A stretch of 64,000 nucleotides of DNA from Thermococcus sp. JdFR-02. Lineage in GTDB: Archaea > Methanobacteriota_B > Thermococci > Thermococcales > Thermococcaceae. Below, piece after piece: positions 61,286 through 64,000 of the stretch. The position numbers and the translations under genes were made by a program. The stretch lies in the NCBI GenBank assembly GCA_002009975.1, contig MTLP01000007.1:64001-128000 (forward strand), written 5' to 3'. Each line of letters opens with the position of its first letter. Position 1 is the first letter of the stretch. The notes beneath the pieces are model-generated. The model did no database searches. It saw only the letters and a list, made by a program, of their open reading frames with translations, and was not told where the DNA came from.

Positions 61286-62227
61286 TCACACTAAGTTATA
61301 ACGTTGCAACAGCAATATTTCATCCAAAGTTAGTTTTTCTCCGCGCTTGAACTTTTCTAAAGCTTCTACTGCTTTTTCGAAGGTTGCATCTCTCTTTGCT
61401 CTCATTCTTGCAACAAGCTTGTAAGCTATTAGCTCCTTGTGTTTCTCGTCATACTCCATTATTCTCTTCTCTACATCCCTCAATTGTCTTCTTATGTCTC
61501 TGATCTTCTCTCTTAGCTCCAAAACTTTCTTGTGGTATTCATCTGCCTCTTTCTTTACTTCATCTGCCCTTTGGAATGTCTTTATCATTTCTTCATGGAA
61601 CTGCTGGCTTTGATTTGCTAACTTTTGTATTTCCAAACTTATTGCTCTCCTTGCTTTCTTTAAACTCTCAATCTTCTTCCTCGTCTCTTGAAGTTTTTGA
61701 TGGAATCTATCTGATTGTTGAATTATTTCAAGCTCAGTTGCTAAAACCTGGATTTGATCAACTATTTGTTTTTCCCTTTCAGAGGTTATATTTGGATTTG
61801 TCTGTAATTCCCATTCGAGCTTTTCAATTCTCTCTTCTATTTTCTCCTTAGGCATTTTTAACCTTCTAAGCTGATTGTATTCATCTCTCTTTGTTCTATA
61901 CTCAACAACCTCTTGATATAGGAGGTCGAGCTTTGCGTTTATCTCCTCTCTGTTTTTCTTCAGCTCCTGTATCTGTTTATTAACATTATCTCTCTTCTCT
62001 CTCAATTCTCTCGCTTTCTGTCTCAACTGTTGAACTTCTCTATTTTTCTCATCTCTTTTTTGTATCCAAATATTCAATTCCTTTTGTAACTCGTCTAACT
62101 TAGCTTGGATTTCCTTTTTCTCCTTCTCCAATGCTTCTATCTCCTGCTTTACCCTCTTTATCTCTTCTGGATCTACTTTTACTTGCATGGTCTCTTCCCC
62201 TTCCACAATTTTAGAATAGCTAATCAT
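61286..62227 (-). CDS. Archaeal coiled-coil protein
   Basis: Continuous heptad E/K/Q-rich sequence; LEWELQT; FKRGEKLTLDE. Confidence 0.8.
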   Translation of the reverse strand: MISYSKIVEGEETMQVKVDPEEIKRVKQEIEALEKEKKEIQAKLDELQKELNIWIQKRDEKNREVQQLRQKARELREKRDNVNKQIQELKKNREEINAKLDLLYQEVVEYRTKRDEYNQLRRLKMPKEKIEERIEKLEWELQTNPNITSEREKQIVDQIQVLATELEIIQQSDRFHQKLQETRKKIESLKKARRAISLEIQKLANQSQQFHEEMIKTFQRADEVKKEADEYHKKVLELREKIRDIRRQLRDVEKRIMEYDEKHKELIAYKLVARMRAKRDATFEKAVEALEKFKRGEKLTLDEILLLQRYNLV

Positions 62228-62438
62228 GATCTCACACCTTTATTTAAGCCTCAGCTAAGAGAAAAGGCAGAAGTAAATAAAAACTTTTTGGATATTAAAA
62301 ACTCGTAATTGGGAATGAAGACAGGCATAACAGACTTTAACAACTTTATTTTATCCTTGTTGGGCATACAATATGATACACAGCAAATCAAGAAAAAAGG
62401 TTACTCAAAATGATTGTAGGGGATAAAGAGGTTGGAAT

Positions 62439-63395
62439 TTAATCTCTAATCACTTGTGTTCCTGTTTTTTGTTTTAGGGCTTGGACTGCTTTGTCTAAAG
62501 CGGCAATAACAGCCCTCTCACCGCCCCATTCAACAAATCTTATTGCCGCTAAAACCTTCGGACCCATGCTCCCCTTTTTAAAATGCCCTTCCTCATAATA
62601 ACGCCTCAACTCGTCAAGTGTAACTCTACCAAGCCACTTCTCATCTGGCTTCCCATAATTAATAGCAGCACCATTAACATCTGTTAAAATCATAAAAACA
62701 TCAGCATTCACAACCTCAGCCAACCTTTCACCGGCCAAATCCTTATCAATCACAGCCTCAACACCCTTTAGCCGACCATCCTCCTCAACAACCGGAATCC
62801 CTCCACCGCCGCTGGCAATGACAATAAAGCCTCTCTCAACCAAATCTCTAATTACGTCTTTCTCCACAATATCCTTTGGACCCGGTGACGGAACGACCCT
62901 TCTCCAGCCCCTACCAGAATCCTCTATAACTACCCAACCTTTTTCTCTAGCTAATTTCTTGGCAGTCTCCTCATCATAAAAAGGACCTACTGGCTTGCTT
63001 GGGTTTTGAAAAGCCGGATCGTCTTTATCAACTAAGACCTGAGTTACTATTGTTGCCACGGGCTTATATAAGCCTCTTTTCTTAAGCTCATTGGTTATTG
63101 CTTGCTGAATCATATAGCCGATTTGTCCTTGAGTCATTGCTCCGCAAACATCCATTGGTTGGGCTGGAATATTATAAGCTTCTCCAGCATCTTGTTGTAA
63201 CAGTAGATTTCCAACTTGAGGACCGTTGCCATGAGTTATTATGACGTCATAATTGTTATCGAGAATTATTTCAACAATCTGCTTTGCAGTTTTTCTAACA
63301 TTACTCATTTGCTCCTCATAAGTTCCCCTCTGACCTCTCTGAAGAATAGCATTCCCGCCCAAAGCAATAACAACCCTCTTCCTCATAACAACCAC
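62439..63395 (-). CDS. arcC: Carbamate kinase
   Basis: [37 protein letters not shown]. Confidence 0.95.
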   Translation of the reverse strand: MVVMRKRVVIALGGNAILQRGQRGTYEEQMSNVRKTAKQIVEIILDNNYDVIITHGNGPQVGNLLLQQDAGEAYNIPAQPMDVCGAMTQGQIGYMIQQAITNELKKRGLYKPVATIVTQVLVDKDDPAFQNPSKPVGPFYDEETAKKLAREKGWVVIEDSGRGWRRVVPSPGPKDIVEKDVIRDLVERGFIVIASGGGGIPVVEEDGRLKGVEAVIDKDLAGERLAEVVNADVFMILTDVNGAAINYGKPDEKWLGRVTLDELRRYYEEGHFKKGSMGPKVLAAIRFVEWGGERAVIAALDKAVQALKQKTGTQVIRD

Positions 63396-63565
63396 CTCGC
63401 ATTTGTAAACAAAATTTTGTCGATTCTTGATAAAAGGGTTTGTTAGTGATAAAATGCTTTATTTGGGAAAAACTTCGGGCATCTTCAGTAAAATTTTTAT
63501 GAATGTAAAATACCTACCAAACACCTTTAAATTCATCAAGTTAAGTTATTGAAGGGGTGCTAAGT

Positions 63566-64000
63566 GTGAAGGAATTTGTTAATAAAAATGCAAAAAATAT
63601 CCATGAGCTCTTGAATTTCATTTGGAGTGAGATATTTAAGCTTAATGAAGAACTTAAGGGGAACTTAAAACCTTTGGATCTTAAAGTAGAGCCTGTCGAA
63701 GAAGTTTTTAATGCTTATATATTTTTAGATGGGGAATGGAAGGAAATGCTCTATCCTCATCCAGCCTTTGAAGTTAAGCCACAGGGTGAAGTTGGGGCAA
63801 CTATTCAAGGATTTTACTTTGTATTTGGGATTTTGAGGGATAAGATAACAAAGGAATTTATAAAGGAATTTCTTAATGAATTCCCAAAAAGCTACATCTA
63901 TGGAAGTGAGAGCTTTTTGGAGGATATTTATAACTACAACAATCCTAGGAACTATGAGGAAGTTTTTGAAAAAATAAAAAGTGGAAGAGAGATACTACTC
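63566..64000 (+). CDS. DUF3201-like protein, truncated by the window end
   Basis: RBS GGGGTG, GTG 63566, open to the end: ...VEPVEEVFNAYIFLDGEWKEMLYPHPAFEVKPQGEVGAT... Confidence 0.7.
   Translation, partial: MKEFVNKNAKNIHELLNFIWSEIFKLNEELKGNLKPLDLKVEPVEEVFNAYIFLDGEWKEMLYPHPAFEVKPQGEVGATIQGFYFVFGILRDKITKEFIKEFLNEFPKSYIYGSESFLEDIYNYNNPRNYEEVFEKIKSGREILL

Noticed and set aside
62315-62413. 32-codon ORF MKTGITDFNNF... between the coiled-coil gene and arcC
   Set aside because: No clear RBS or recognisable motif.
172-63446. Many short antisense or nested ORFs in the six-frame track
   Set aside because: They are shadows of well-supported genes on the other strand or frame, lacking RBS and motifs.

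Overview
Gene-dense, AT-rich archaeal chromosome segment with a Thermococcales signature: GGAGGTG RBSs, BRE/TATA promoters, a CGP-CTERM protein, DUF257/DUF835/DUF531-type genes, ArcS, ASH-Ski2 helicase and archaeal PpcA. Most of it is housekeeping (hisS, TmcA/Nat10, ppcA, biotin locus, upp, PiT, LipS1/LplA, arcS, carbamate kinase). The standout is 65-4829, a candidate archaeal ranthipeptide-type RiPP cluster. It has an RRE-radical SAM-SPASM maturase, two Cys/Asp-periodic precursors sharing an F(R/K)KLN leader, two ABC-2 permeases and an ATPase. It also has a third, frameshifted precursor missing from the ORF track, preceded by a diverged copy of the hairpin/RBS module that precedes precursor 1. 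Other features missing from the ORF track are three C/D box guide RNAs, a BirA operator and several disrupted genes (S9 peptidase, HEPN, DUF2103). There is also a BioB with a non-canonical ligand set and two accessory secreted-protein cassettes. All family calls come from motif recognition by eye; no searches were run.
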